In this document: positions 1-7,488 of the stretch, in pieces | How the letters are laid out: each line of letters opens with the position of its first letter | Numbering within the stretch: position 1 is the stretch's first letter | From: Ilumatobacteraceae bacterium | GTDB lineage: Bacteria; Actinomycetota; Acidimicrobiia; Acidimicrobiales; Ilumatobacteraceae | DNA: 26,263 bases | Direction of reading: 5' to 3' | Assembly (NCBI GenBank): GCA_043742385.1 | Contig: JAYTZE010000602.1 | Coordinates: 1 to 26,263 of the forward strand | Made by a program: the position numbers and the translations under genes | The notes under the pieces: model-generated | Seen by the model: the letters and a program-made list of their open reading frames with translations, nothing else | Databases searched by the model: none | What the model was told of the DNA's origin: nothing

Positions 1-1
1 C

Positions 2-76
2 ATGACTCTGGCCTTGCTGTGGGCCGGACATCGCTACTTCACCGCAGCCGAGCGCCGATTCTCGGACATCATTTGA
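2..76 (+). CDS. C-terminal end (partial) of an ABC-2/Wzm-type polysaccharide export permease
   Basis: Frame 2 reads MTLALLWAGHRYFTAAERRFSDII* with TGA at 74-76. This fits the usual ..GYxYFxxxERxFADxI C-terminus of Wzm permeases. Only 24 codons are visible. Confidence 0.6.
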   Translation: MTLALLWAGHRYFTAAERRFSDII

Positions 77-331
77 TACGTTCAACTCGGTCGTTCCGCC
101 GAGTAGCACGCGTTTGTTGACCGTAGAACGGCCCGACGGCACAGTTGGCCGAGCCGACGCATCGCGTCGCGCAGAGGAGAAGCCCAATGTCTCGGATGGC
201 AACCGTTGGAACGACTCGATGGCGACACCGCTGGAGGCCGAGCTGATCGCCTGGGCCGGGGCACTGCTCGGTCAAGCGGGATGGCACGTCGGCAAGCACG
301 CCGAGTCGCCTCGAGCGCCTCGGGAGGGCGG

Positions 332-1180
332 ATGTCGTTGACTTCAGCCGAGATAGGCGAATGGGCTGCCGTGCTCGCGGCAGCGCGTCTCAATCGCGTG
401 GGATGTGACCCGATCTCGTCGTCGATCGATCTCACCATCGACGACGCGTACGCGATTCAGCGGGCTGGTGCAGCGCTCCGGCTGGAGCGCGGCGAGAATC
501 TCGTCGGCTGGAAGCTCGGCTACACCTCGCTCGCGATGCGCGCGCAGATGGGTATCGATCAACCGAACTTCGGCCCACTCACTGACGCAATGCTCGTGGC
601 CCATGACGGCACTGCGAGCCCGGCCCTCATGCAACCTCGCGTCGAACCGGAGATCGGGCTCCGCTTCGACCATTCGCTGCCCGCTGACGCGAATCTGAAC
701 CAGGTGCTCGGCGCCGTCGGCGAGGCGTTCGCCTGTCTGGAGATCGTGGACTCGGTGTATCCGGGCTATCGCTTCCGTCTCGAGGACAACACCGCCGACG
801 GTTCTTCGGCTGCGCAGGTCGTCGTCGGGCCCGCACTCCAGCGCATCGAGCACCTCGACGAGGTCACCGTCGTCCTTCGACATAACGGTACCGATGCCGG
901 ATCGGCACAGGGGCGGGCGGCATCAGGTCACCCTGCGGCGGGTGTTGTCTGGCTGGTCGGCCAGCTGGCGCTCCAGGGTCGGCGCATCGAGGCTGGCGAC
1001 ATCGTCATCACTGGCGGGCTGACTCGAGCCGTACCCCTCGACTTCGGCGATCACATCGAAGCGGTGTTCGATGATGAGACTCGAGTTGCGGTACATCGCC
1101 CGTCACCCCCCAATCCTGCGTCGCACAATCGAGTCGGCGGCATCGCGAGATTTGAAGGCCCGCCGTCGCCAGCAGTCTGA
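332..1180 (+). CDS. 2-keto-4-pentenoate hydratase / 4-oxalocrotonate decarboxylase family (FAH superfamily), about 282 aa
   Basis: Motifs DAYAIQ, VGWKLGYTS, QPRVEPEI, LEIVDS, ADGSSAA and GDIVITGG. GGGAGG RBS at 322-327 supports the ATG at 332 rather than the ORF-track start at 206. Confidence 0.85.
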   Translation: MSLTSAEIGEWAAVLAAARLNRVGCDPISSSIDLTIDDAYAIQRAGAALRLERGENLVGWKLGYTSLAMRAQMGIDQPNFGPLTDAMLVAHDGTASPALMQPRVEPEIGLRFDHSLPADANLNQVLGAVGEAFACLEIVDSVYPGYRFRLEDNTADGSSAAQVVVGPALQRIEHLDEVTVVLRHNGTDAGSAQGRAASGHPAAGVVWLVGQLALQGRRIEAGDIVITGGLTRAVPLDFGDHIEAVFDDETRVAVHRPSPPNPASHNRVGGIARFEGPPSPAV

Positions 1181-1191
1181 ACTCGACCGCG

Positions 1192-1464
1192 CTACTGGAC
1201 GATGTTGTGGACAGGCATGACGTCGGGCTGACCCGGATCCACGCCGAGTTCGGCGAGGATCGGCATCAAGGTCTGGCCAAAGGCGTCAAAGTCCTCCTGC
1301 GAGTCCCACACGTCGTAGACCATAAGGCTGGCTTCAGGGCCAAACGTCGAGTGATGCGAACGGCCCTTCGGTTTGCCCTGCCCCACTGTTTCGAGCTTCT
1401 GCATGATCTCGTCGTACTGCCCTGCCGACATCGCCTCTGGATGGAAGTAAACCGCAATCGACAT
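1192..1464 (-). CDS. Small ABM-like (dimeric alpha+beta barrel) hypothetical protein, 90 aa
   Basis: Clean ORF with coding-like composition. The VYDVWDSQEDFDAF segment resembles the strand-helix motif of ABM-like proteins. Confidence 0.7.
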   Translation of the reverse strand: MSIAVYFHPEAMSAGQYDEIMQKLETVGQGKPKGRSHHSTFGPEASLMVYDVWDSQEDFDAFGQTLMPILAELGVDPGQPDVMPVHNIVQ

Positions 1465-1809
1465 GACCCGTGTCTAGCACAGGCGACAACGTCGATGAGT
1501 AGTGCGGTTGCCAACTACTGCCTACTTCGTCGCAGCAAGGCGGACGGGAGGAACCGTCGGACGAACCCGTCGCCACGATCAGTCTCGGCGACACGTGCAC
1601 GTTGCGAATGGTCGGTGTTGATCGCCGCACGGGGCTCATTCACCGATGCCGGGGTTTGCTCCGGCAACCTGCGCGTGTTCGGTGGCCGGAACCGCGCCGG
1701 GCTGGCTCGACCTCCCGGCCGAACGGCTGAGCATCTCGATCCGCGAGACCGGCCTGTCATGAACGTGCGCGTCGTTGCGCCGGAGGACGAATCGGTGCTG
1801 CGCGCGGGG

Positions 1810-1882
1810 AATGCCGTGCGTGGAACATCCCGAAGTTGTGGATGATCCCCTGGTAGCGCGTTGCGGTGACGGGGACGCCGGC
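1810..1882 (-). pseudogene. Short remnant of an HSL-family alpha/beta-hydrolase C-terminus
   Basis: Reads AGVPVTATRYQGIIHNFGM, matching the AGVxVxxxRYxGxIHxF catalytic-His motif. No upstream GDSAG or HGGG motif is present and the flanks are unrelated. Confidence 0.6.
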
Positions 1883-2052
1883 CATGTTCGATCGCCGGCC
1901 TAGACATCGCACGGCCCAGCTGGCCGAGTTCAGGGGCCGGCGACGAATCGTTTGAACCGTCGTGCGGAGAGGATTGCCTTCGACGCACAGCGCCCATCCA
2001 TCCGGCCGTCGCGCCCAGCGCAAAAGTGCACCAGGCACGCAGGTTCTTCGAC

Positions 2053-2472
2053 TCAGCCCTGAACTCCGAGCTGAGCCATCAGACTCGCCTGATCGAAGTA
2101 GGAGTGCCAAGACGTGATTCGACCGTCGTCGCCGACGCGCACAACATCGCAAGCGTCAAGCCGTACCGCGTTTCCCGTGGGCGGGACGTCTCCCATGGGA
2201 GTCGAAAACACGCCGGTGTGGGTCATCGTGATGCGCAGTTCCAACGCGATCGCGTCGCCAGTTTCGATCGAGCCGACGATTTCGTGGTGGACGTCGGGAA
2301 AGCCATTGCGATAGGCCTCTAACATAGGGCGGAGCTCGCTCGGGCCCCTCATTCTCATTCCACCGGGCATCACGATCTCGGCGTCCGGTCGGACCAGTTT
2401 GGGCAAGTCATCGAAACGGGCTTCCTCGAACACCTTCCACCAGCTCGTCGTCGTTTCCAGTGCGATCCCCAT
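2053..2472 (-). CDS. SnoaL-like ester cyclase / NTF2-like protein, 139 aa
   Basis: Motifs YRNGFPDVHHEI, THTGVF, VPPTGNAV and D..SLMAQLG. AAGGAGG RBS just upstream. Confidence 0.85.
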   Translation of the reverse strand: MGIALETTTSWWKVFEEARFDDLPKLVRPDAEIVMPGGMRMRGPSELRPMLEAYRNGFPDVHHEIVGSIETGDAIALELRITMTHTGVFSTPMGDVPPTGNAVRLDACDVVRVGDDGRITSWHSYFDQASLMAQLGVQG

Positions 2473-2681
2473 AAAGGCCTCCTTGATCTCGACATTCGTT
2501 GTCTACAACATTCGCCCCGCCAACCCGATCGGATCACGCGCTCATCCCCGCCCCTACCGGAGATCCCGGCGAGACGCTTGAGCTGGGCGATCGCCCCCTG
2601 GAGCTCGACGTCGAAACCCCAAAAGGCCAGCTCAGCGACTACGGAGCAACACAGGCGAGCATCGCCGGACACCGGTCCAGT

Positions 2682-2702
2682 GGGTTCGATAGCCCCCAGC
2701 TC
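2682..2702 (+). repeat. Degenerate copy of the tmRNA/tRNA 3'-end-like sequence at 4399-4419
   Basis: GGGTTCGATAGCCCCCAGCTC versus GGGTTCGATTCCCCCCAGCTC: 19 of 21 identical, same strand, 1717 bp apart. Confidence 0.5.
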
Positions 2703-2862
2703 GCCGGGCTGGCCGAAGCTTGCAGTGAAGAGGAAGCTCCGCGCTCGCAACCCTTGTTCGTCGCAAACGTCGAGTGACCCATCACACTTTCGCCGTGCCA
2801 GTGGCGTCGTCGAACTCGGCCTAGCTTCCATCGTCGTGCGCACGACCGCAGGTCCCGCAGGT

Positions 2863-2898
2863 TTGATGTTGATACATCTGATGCGATAACATCGCCTT
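2863..2898 (+). promoter_or_regulatory. Leaderless sigmaA-type promoter with tandem operator boxes for vapBC-1
   Basis: TTGATG (2863-2868), 18 nt, TAACAT (2887-2892), 6 nt, ATG at 2899. Two GATG-N6-CATC palindromes at 2865-2878 and 2880-2893 overlap the promoter. Confidence 0.65.
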
Positions 2899-3132
2899 AT
2901 GCGCACCACACTCACGGTCGACGACGACGTTCTCGCCGCAGCGCGCGAACTCGCCGAACAACAGCGACGCTCGATCGGCGACGTAATCTCGGAGCTATCG
3001 CGAAAGGGGCTGCAGTCAGCTCGGGCCGAGCGCCGCCGCCACGGCCGGGTTCCGACGTTCGCCCCCCGCAGCGGTGCCAAGCCGATCACCATGGACAGCG
3101 TGCGAAAGGCGCTCGACGAGGAAGACCGCTGA
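2899..3132 (+). CDS. vapB: VapB-type antitoxin (RHH/CopG-like), 77 aa
   Basis: The N-terminus MRTTLTVDDDVLAAARELA...SIGDVISEL is typical of actinobacterial VapB. It ends 3 nt before a PIN gene. Confidence 0.85.
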   Translation: MRTTLTVDDDVLAAARELAEQQRRSIGDVISELSRKGLQSARAERRRHGRVPTFAPRSGAKPITMDSVRKALDEEDR

Positions 3133-3135
3133 CCT

Positions 3136-3579
3136 GTGATCACCCTGCCCGACGTCAACGTGCTCGTCGCCATCGCCTGGCCAGAGCACACCTTGCACGA
3201 CGTGGCGATCGCCTGGTTCGAGTCCAGGTCGGATCAGGGCTGGGCGACCTGCCCTATCACCGAGAGCGGCTTCATGCGGATCTCGGCCAACGCCAATGTC
3301 GTCGGAGATCCAGTGCGGCCGGACGAATCGGCAGCGCTGCTCGTCGACCTTCGCTCGGTTGGTTCGCATCGGTTCTGGGTCGACGACGTCGAACCCTCCA
3401 CGTCGTCGTTGTTCCCGCGCGACCGCCTGATCGGTCATCGCCAGGTCACCGACGCCCACCTGCTGGCGCTCGCTCGCCGTCACCGCGGTTCGGTCGCCAC
3501 GCTCGACCGCGGGTTGGCCACGCTCGCCCGTGGCCTCGATGGCGCCCACGTCGAGATCGTCAGCGACCCGTCATCTTGA
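3136..3579 (+). CDS. vapC: VapC PIN-domain ribonuclease toxin, 147 aa
   Basis: Acidic PIN residues in PDVNVL, CPITESGF, QVTDAHL and TLDRG. GTG start 3 nt after the vapB stop. Confidence 0.9.
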   Translation: MITLPDVNVLVAIAWPEHTLHDVAIAWFESRSDQGWATCPITESGFMRISANANVVGDPVRPDESAALLVDLRSVGSHRFWVDDVEPSTSSLFPRDRLIGHRQVTDAHLLALARRHRGSVATLDRGLATLARGLDGAHVEIVSDPSS

Positions 3580-3625
3580 GGTCTGCCCTCGCACGGTCCG
3601 CGCTGTGTGCTCTCCGTCGGAGTCG

Positions 3626-4060
3626 TCACCGGCGGAGCCTTTCACTCTGTCCGATTGCACCCACGTCCGATCCCGAACTCGACGCCTTGCGGTCAGTCTG
3701 TGTCGTCTGGCTGGACGTCTGGATCGCGCCCCGGAGAAGTTGCATCGCGACGTCGAACGCGCAAGCGAGGTCGTTCTTCGCTGGATCGATCTCCATGAGC
3801 GTAGCGATGGCTCCGGCGATCGCGACACCGACGAGCACTACTACGACGACGTCATCGACCGACCGGCCGAGGACGTCGGCAACTGCCGCCGCTTCGGTTT
3901 GTCGCGTCTGCGCGATCGCTGCGCTCTGCACGCCCGCTACACGCCGCGGTGTGGTCAGGACGCCTGCGATCGACGTGTAGCGGGACGCCTTACGGCGGGT
4001 GCCATCAGCGGCGATATAGAAGAGCGAGCCGGACGTCCGCGATGAACTCTGTTGTGATCG
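3626..4060 (-). pseudogene. Possible decayed TetR-family regulator C-terminal region
   Basis: AVADVLGRSVDD..VLVGVAIAGAIATL..DLACAFDVAMQLLRGAI resembles TetR C-terminal helices. Upstream pieces lie in different frames and no HTH was found. Confidence 0.25.
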
Positions 4061-4397
4061 CGATCACCCCAAAGTCCCACGCCCTTGATCTCGTTCGGGC
4101 GGGGGCGAGCGCGACGTCCATCGAGAGTCCGCTTCATGTCGGCGCCGGGGCTCTGTAGCGAGCGATGGTCGAGGCGACCCGTCGCCGGGCGGACCCAAGG
4201 GGCGCCGAAGACTCCTCAGGTTTTGAACGGACCGGGCTTGGCGGACTCGATGAACACGTCATCCGTAGTCACAGCGTGATCACAAACTGGTCACCACAGG
4301 ACGACACCAGACATCACCACACGGACTGTCTACAAGGTGAAAGACCTGCTCAGGCGCACTGTGCAGCACGAGACGACACGACCCAACACAGCCTTCC

Positions 4398-4422
4398 GGG
4401 GTTCGATTCCCCCCAGCTCCAC
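4398..4422 (+). mobile_element. Orphan 3' end of tmRNA (ssrA) or tRNA-Ala; probable att-site duplication
   Basis: GGGG-TTCGATT-CCCC T-arm followed by C, then CAGCTCC (positions 66-72, with U70) and discriminator A. CAGCTCC would pair with the GGGGCTG 5' end of actinobacterial tmRNA. No matching 5' part lies upstream and homology stops inside the T-stem (C4397 mismatch). Confidence 0.65.
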
Positions 4423-4435
4423 TTTGTCCAAAAAT

Positions 4436-4474
4436 GCCCTCCTGACCCGGGCTTTTGTACCAGGTCATGAGGGC
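4436..4474 (+). terminator. Hairpin just downstream of the ssrA-like 3' end
   Basis: GCCCTC-C-TGACC ... GGTCA-T-GAGGGC stem of 11 bp with one mismatch; no U-tract. Confidence 0.4.
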
Positions 4475-4476
4475 GT

Positions 4477-4546
4477 CGGATTCCCCCGAACAGTCAAGCA
4501 GGCCCCTGACCAGGGGAAATGCAGCCAGGATGGACGGGGGAATCTG
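4477..4546. repeat. Nested inverted repeat
   Basis: CGGATTCCCCCG (4477-4488) and CGGGGGAATCTG (4535-4546) are 11/12 complementary and enclose the palindrome CCCCTG-AC-CAGGGG (4503-4516). Confidence 0.6.
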
Positions 4547-4664
4547 GGGGTGCCGCTCCCCCAGCATCAGAGCGGGTGCCCGCAAAGTCCCAGGTCAGCA
4601 AGGATCGACCGTCGGCGAGGGCGGCAAAAGGGCGGATGAGGGCACGCCGACGACGAAATGCAAC

Positions 4665-4693
4665 GAAGTGTCACGGCCACCGTGTGACATTTC
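4665..4693. repeat. 11-7-11 imperfect palindrome, copy 1
   Basis: GAAGTGTCACG-GCCACCG-TGTGACATTTC, with an extra half-site GAAATGCAACG immediately to the left (4655-4665). Confidence 0.6.
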
Positions 4694-4721
4694 GAGGACG
4701 CTGACCCCTCCGCTGATCATT

Positions 4722-4741
4722 TCGTAGTACGATTAGGGCGT
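4722..4741 (+). promoter_or_regulatory. -10 element and operator palindrome of TA module 2 (probably leaderless)
   Basis: TCGTA-G-TACGA palindrome (4722-4732) overlaps TACGAT (4728-4733), 8 nt before the GTG at 4742. No SD sequence. Confidence 0.5.
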
Positions 4742-4981
4742 GTGGAGATCCATCGATCGGCTCGACGCCACGGCGTGGACGACGACGACATCACCCATGC
4801 CATCGCGCACCGACTCGTCATCGACGATCTCGGTGAGGATCCCGATCGATGGCTCGTCATCGGTCCATACCGTGCGGGCAACCTGCTCGAGATCGTCGTA
4901 CTCATCTCGAGCAGCGGAAACGAGTTCGCCATCCACGCGATGCCGATGAGACCGAAGTACCGAAAGCTGCTCGAACCATGA
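4742..4981 (+). CDS. Putative RelE/BrnT-like type II toxin (toxin-first order), 79 aa
   Basis: Pattern MEIHRSARRHG..DI.HAI...WLVIGP..AGNLLEIV...AIHAMPMRPKY. ATGA overlap with an RHH antitoxin gene. The exact toxin family is uncertain. Confidence 0.7.
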   Translation: MEIHRSARRHGVDDDDITHAIAHRLVIDDLGEDPDRWLVIGPYRAGNLLEIVVLISSSGNEFAIHAMPMRPKYRKLLEP

Positions 4982-5256
4982 CGACACAACGAACCTCAAA
5001 CGGACGCATCATCACCGACGCCGAGATCGACGCGCTCGCCGATGAAGCCGAACGCGGCTACGACCCCGCCGAACTCGTCGCTCGGCGCGGCAAGCGAGGA
5101 CGCCCCACCCTGGGCGGTGGCGGGCCATCAATCGTCGAATCGGTCCGTCTCGACCCTGAGCTCAATGAACAGATCGCAGCGCGCGCCGAACAAGACGGGG
5201 TCACGACATCCGACGTCATACGCGAAGCACTCCGCCGTTACCTCCACGCCAGCTGA
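4978..5256 (+). CDS. CopG/RHH-domain antitoxin, 92 aa
   Basis: ATG at 4978 overlaps the toxin stop. GRPTLG followed by SVRLDPEL...A..DGVTTSDVIREALRRYL is a C-terminal ribbon-helix-helix. Confidence 0.8.
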   Translation: MTTQRTSNGRIITDAEIDALADEAERGYDPAELVARRGKRGRPTLGGGGPSIVESVRLDPELNEQIAARAEQDGVTTSDVIREALRRYLHAS

Positions 5257-5600
5257 ACTCGGCCCACCGGCAACGCGGACTCGTCGATCACGTCGGGCGT
5301 ACAGACCGGGTGTCCGGGTTGCGGGAGCCCGAGCAGACTGAGATCATCCGGGTTGGATGCGGCAACGAATCGCTGGAACCAGAAGTTCGGGGCGATGTTG
5401 CCGAAGCTGTGGAAGCCCGCCCACTCGACGTCGGCTCGTTCGAACGACAGAGCCATGACGAACCTCGCGCCGCCGGGTCGCGTGAGGTTCGTGGCGCGGT
5501 GGAAGACGTCGGGCCGGTAGGCAAGAAGCGATCCACGGGGCCGACGGCCGCCACATCCGTGCGATCGGTCGAGTTCTTCGGGACGAGTCGCATCGGTCCG
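5238..5600 (-). pseudogene. C-terminal remnant of a PhyH-like 2OG-Fe(II) dioxygenase, frameshifted
   Basis: GSLLAYRPDVFHRATNLTRPGGARF (second His and 2OG-binding Arg pattern) then FVAASNPDDLSLLGLPQPGHP. The preceding ..DVAAVGP lies in another frame (shift near 5540). The 5' half is absent. Confidence 0.55.
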
Positions 5601-5827
5601 ACCTGTTTCGTCGGGGGCTGAGCACTGTCAGTCAGTCCGTTCCAGGGTGACGGTGTGTGCCAAGAAACTGGCGGGACAAAAACTCCCAGCCCCAAGAGCC
5701 CAACACCGCAGGTCAGCTGTGCTCTCGAACCTTCAGGGCGGGCGGGCTTCTACCGGATCTCTACGTTCCACATGGCCACCGGTGGCTGGTTGCGGCTCAA
5801 CATGTGCTTGCCGCGAGCCATCCGTTT

Positions 5828-5848
5828 AGGCGTATGATCAGGCGTATG
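5828..5848 (+). promoter_or_regulatory. Leaderless promoter/operator of vapBC-2
   Basis: TATGAT (5833-5838) lies 7 nt before the ATG at 5846. The direct repeat AGGCGTATG occurs at 5828-5836 and 5840-5848. Confidence 0.6.
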
Positions 5849-6094
5849 CCACGGTTGCAGGTGTACCTTCCAGATATCCTCTACGACGAGCTGAAGCGCC
5901 GCGATCTGCCCGCTTCAGAACTGCTCCAGCTCGCCGTGCGCGCCGAGCTCGAACGTCGCGACGTTCTGGAGGCGGCCGACGACTACCTTGCCGAACTCGC
6001 TGCTGAAGTCGGCGAGCCGACAGCGCGTCAACAATCTCGCGCCGACGCGATCGTGCGACGCATCCGCGATCGTCAACTCCACCAAACCGGCTGA
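5846..6094 (+). CDS. vapB: Antitoxin (VapB/CcdA-like, N-terminal RHH), 82 aa
   Basis: MPRLQVYLPDILYDELKRRDLPASELLQLAVRAEL, directly upstream of a PIN gene. The start was chosen from the -10 spacing. Confidence 0.75.
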   Translation: MPRLQVYLPDILYDELKRRDLPASELLQLAVRAELERRDVLEAADDYLAELAAEVGEPTARQQSRADAIVRRIRDRQLHQTG

Positions 6095-6097
6095 CCC

Positions 6098-6478
6098 TTG
6101 CTGATCATCGACAGCGGCGGCGTCAGTCGCCTCGCCCAGCGCTCGACACGCGCACTCGCACTCATCCGCGCCCTTCGCGACCACGGGCTCTGGCCACCTG
6201 TCGCTCCAACCGTCGTACTGGTCGAATCATTGCAGGGCAACAGCGGGCGCGATGCAACCACGAACAGGTTCCTCAAGACCTGCGTGATCGAAACCGTCGT
6301 CACCGAACGGACCGCTCGACGGGCGGCCGAACTTCGCCGACGCGCACGACACGGATCGGCAGTCGACGCGATCGTCGTCAGCCTTGCTGAACCGGGTGGC
6401 AATGTCCTCACCGGCGACAAAGCAGACATCGAAGCCCTCGCCGCCCACGCTCACAACGTCACCGTCGAAATCATCTGA
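6098..6478 (+). CDS. vapC: VapC PIN-domain toxin, 126 aa
   Basis: LIIDSG, VVLVES, SAVDAIVV and LTGD..D PIN acidic pattern. TTG start 3 nt after the antitoxin stop. Confidence 0.8.
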   Translation: MLIIDSGGVSRLAQRSTRALALIRALRDHGLWPPVAPTVVLVESLQGNSGRDATTNRFLKTCVIETVVTERTARRAAELRRRARHGSAVDAIVVSLAEPGGNVLTGDKADIEALAAHAHNVTVEII

Positions 6479-6525
6479 CCGCGGGCGCCAGGTCAGAGCG
6501 ATTTACGCCCTCATCAGGCGGCGAG

Positions 6526-6554
6526 GAAATGTAACGGCGGATTCGTTACATTTC
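6526..6554. repeat. Perfect 11-7-11 palindrome, copy 2 (possible terminator, REP-like element or protein-binding site)
   Basis: GAAATGTAACG-GCGGATT-CGTTACATTTC, 47 nt after the vapC-2 stop. Each arm is 9/11 identical to the matching arm of copy 1. Confidence 0.7.
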
Positions 6555-6959
6555 GTTGCCCTCGGCCAGCGCCGCCATCCGAGGCGTTGCAGGTCGCGTG
6601 ACCCGTAATGGATCCGGGTGTCATGCGAGTTCCGTCAACTGCCTACTGCTGCGACGAGGCGGGCCGGCGCCACGTTGTCGGTGTCGTCCGTTGTCGCCGA
6701 TCCTTGCTCCGATCGGTTTGCGGGCGGTCATCCCTTCCCGCGTCCCGATCCGGATCTGCTTCGAGGCCTACAACTCGGCGAGTTCCTCAAATTGTGCTTG
6801 ATCCGTGCGCGACGCTGTCGGCCAGCATGGTGGTGGGTTCGTCCTGCGCCGCGCGACCGTCAGGATGAACTGTCCGGCCGACTTGCATAGGCCCTCCAAT
6901 ACTCCTCGGCTTGCCTTGAGCGCTCTTGACCGTCGCACGGGTAGCAGGACCGATCTCAA

Positions 6960-7472
6960 CGCGAGTGCGAGGTACTCGTGGACTGATCTGACCGCCGCAG
7001 ATCCCTCTCCCACCGCAGAGGCGACGCGTTTGACATTGCCGGATCGCACATCCCCGATGGCGAATACGCCCGGAACGGTTGTCTCGAACGGGAGGGGGCG
7101 CCGTCCAAGGGTGTGCCACGGCGGTCCGAGCACAAGGTCCGTTCGAATGAAGTCCCGGCAGTCAAGCTCCACGGTTCCCGCCAACCACGCGGAGGCGGGA
7201 ACAGCACCAACGAACCAGAACTGTGCAGCGGTCTCGACGACTGACCCGGCGACGTCACCATCCGATGAAATCGTGACGGCGGTCAGGTGGTCAACTCCGT
7301 GAAGTCGGGTCACGTTTGATTCGGTGATCACTTCGATCCGATGTTCAGCGCTTAGTCGATCGACCAGATGCCGACTCATTGACTTGGCGAGTTCGTCGCC
7401 GCGAATCACAACTTGTACGCCACAGCCGTTCGCTGCGAGGAACATTGCGACCTGCCTTGCGGAGTTCCCAGC
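6960..7472 (-). pseudogene. C-terminal third of a thioredoxin reductase-like FAD oxidoreductase, 5'-truncated
   Basis: Begins at AGNSARQVAMFL (decayed GGGNSAGQAA). Continues with ETTVPGVFAIGDVRSGNVKRVASAVGEGSAAVRSVHEYL. The N-terminal FAD motif and CxxC region are absent, and the frame reads on to a stop at 6768. Confidence 0.75.
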
Positions 7473-7488
7473 GCGGCGTGCGAGAGCG

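Noticed and set aside
114-341. 75-aa ORF between the permease and the hydratase
   Set aside because: No RBS or recognisable motif; probably spurious.
2764-2792. Third copy of the 11-7-11 palindrome upstream of vapBC-1
   Set aside because: Only the terminal TTTC/AAA bases match and the arms do not pair.
4030-4422. Intact tmRNA or tRNA-Ala gene
   Set aside because: No GGGGCTG 5' acceptor strand, D-arm or tag ORF at a suitable distance. Only the last 25 nt match.
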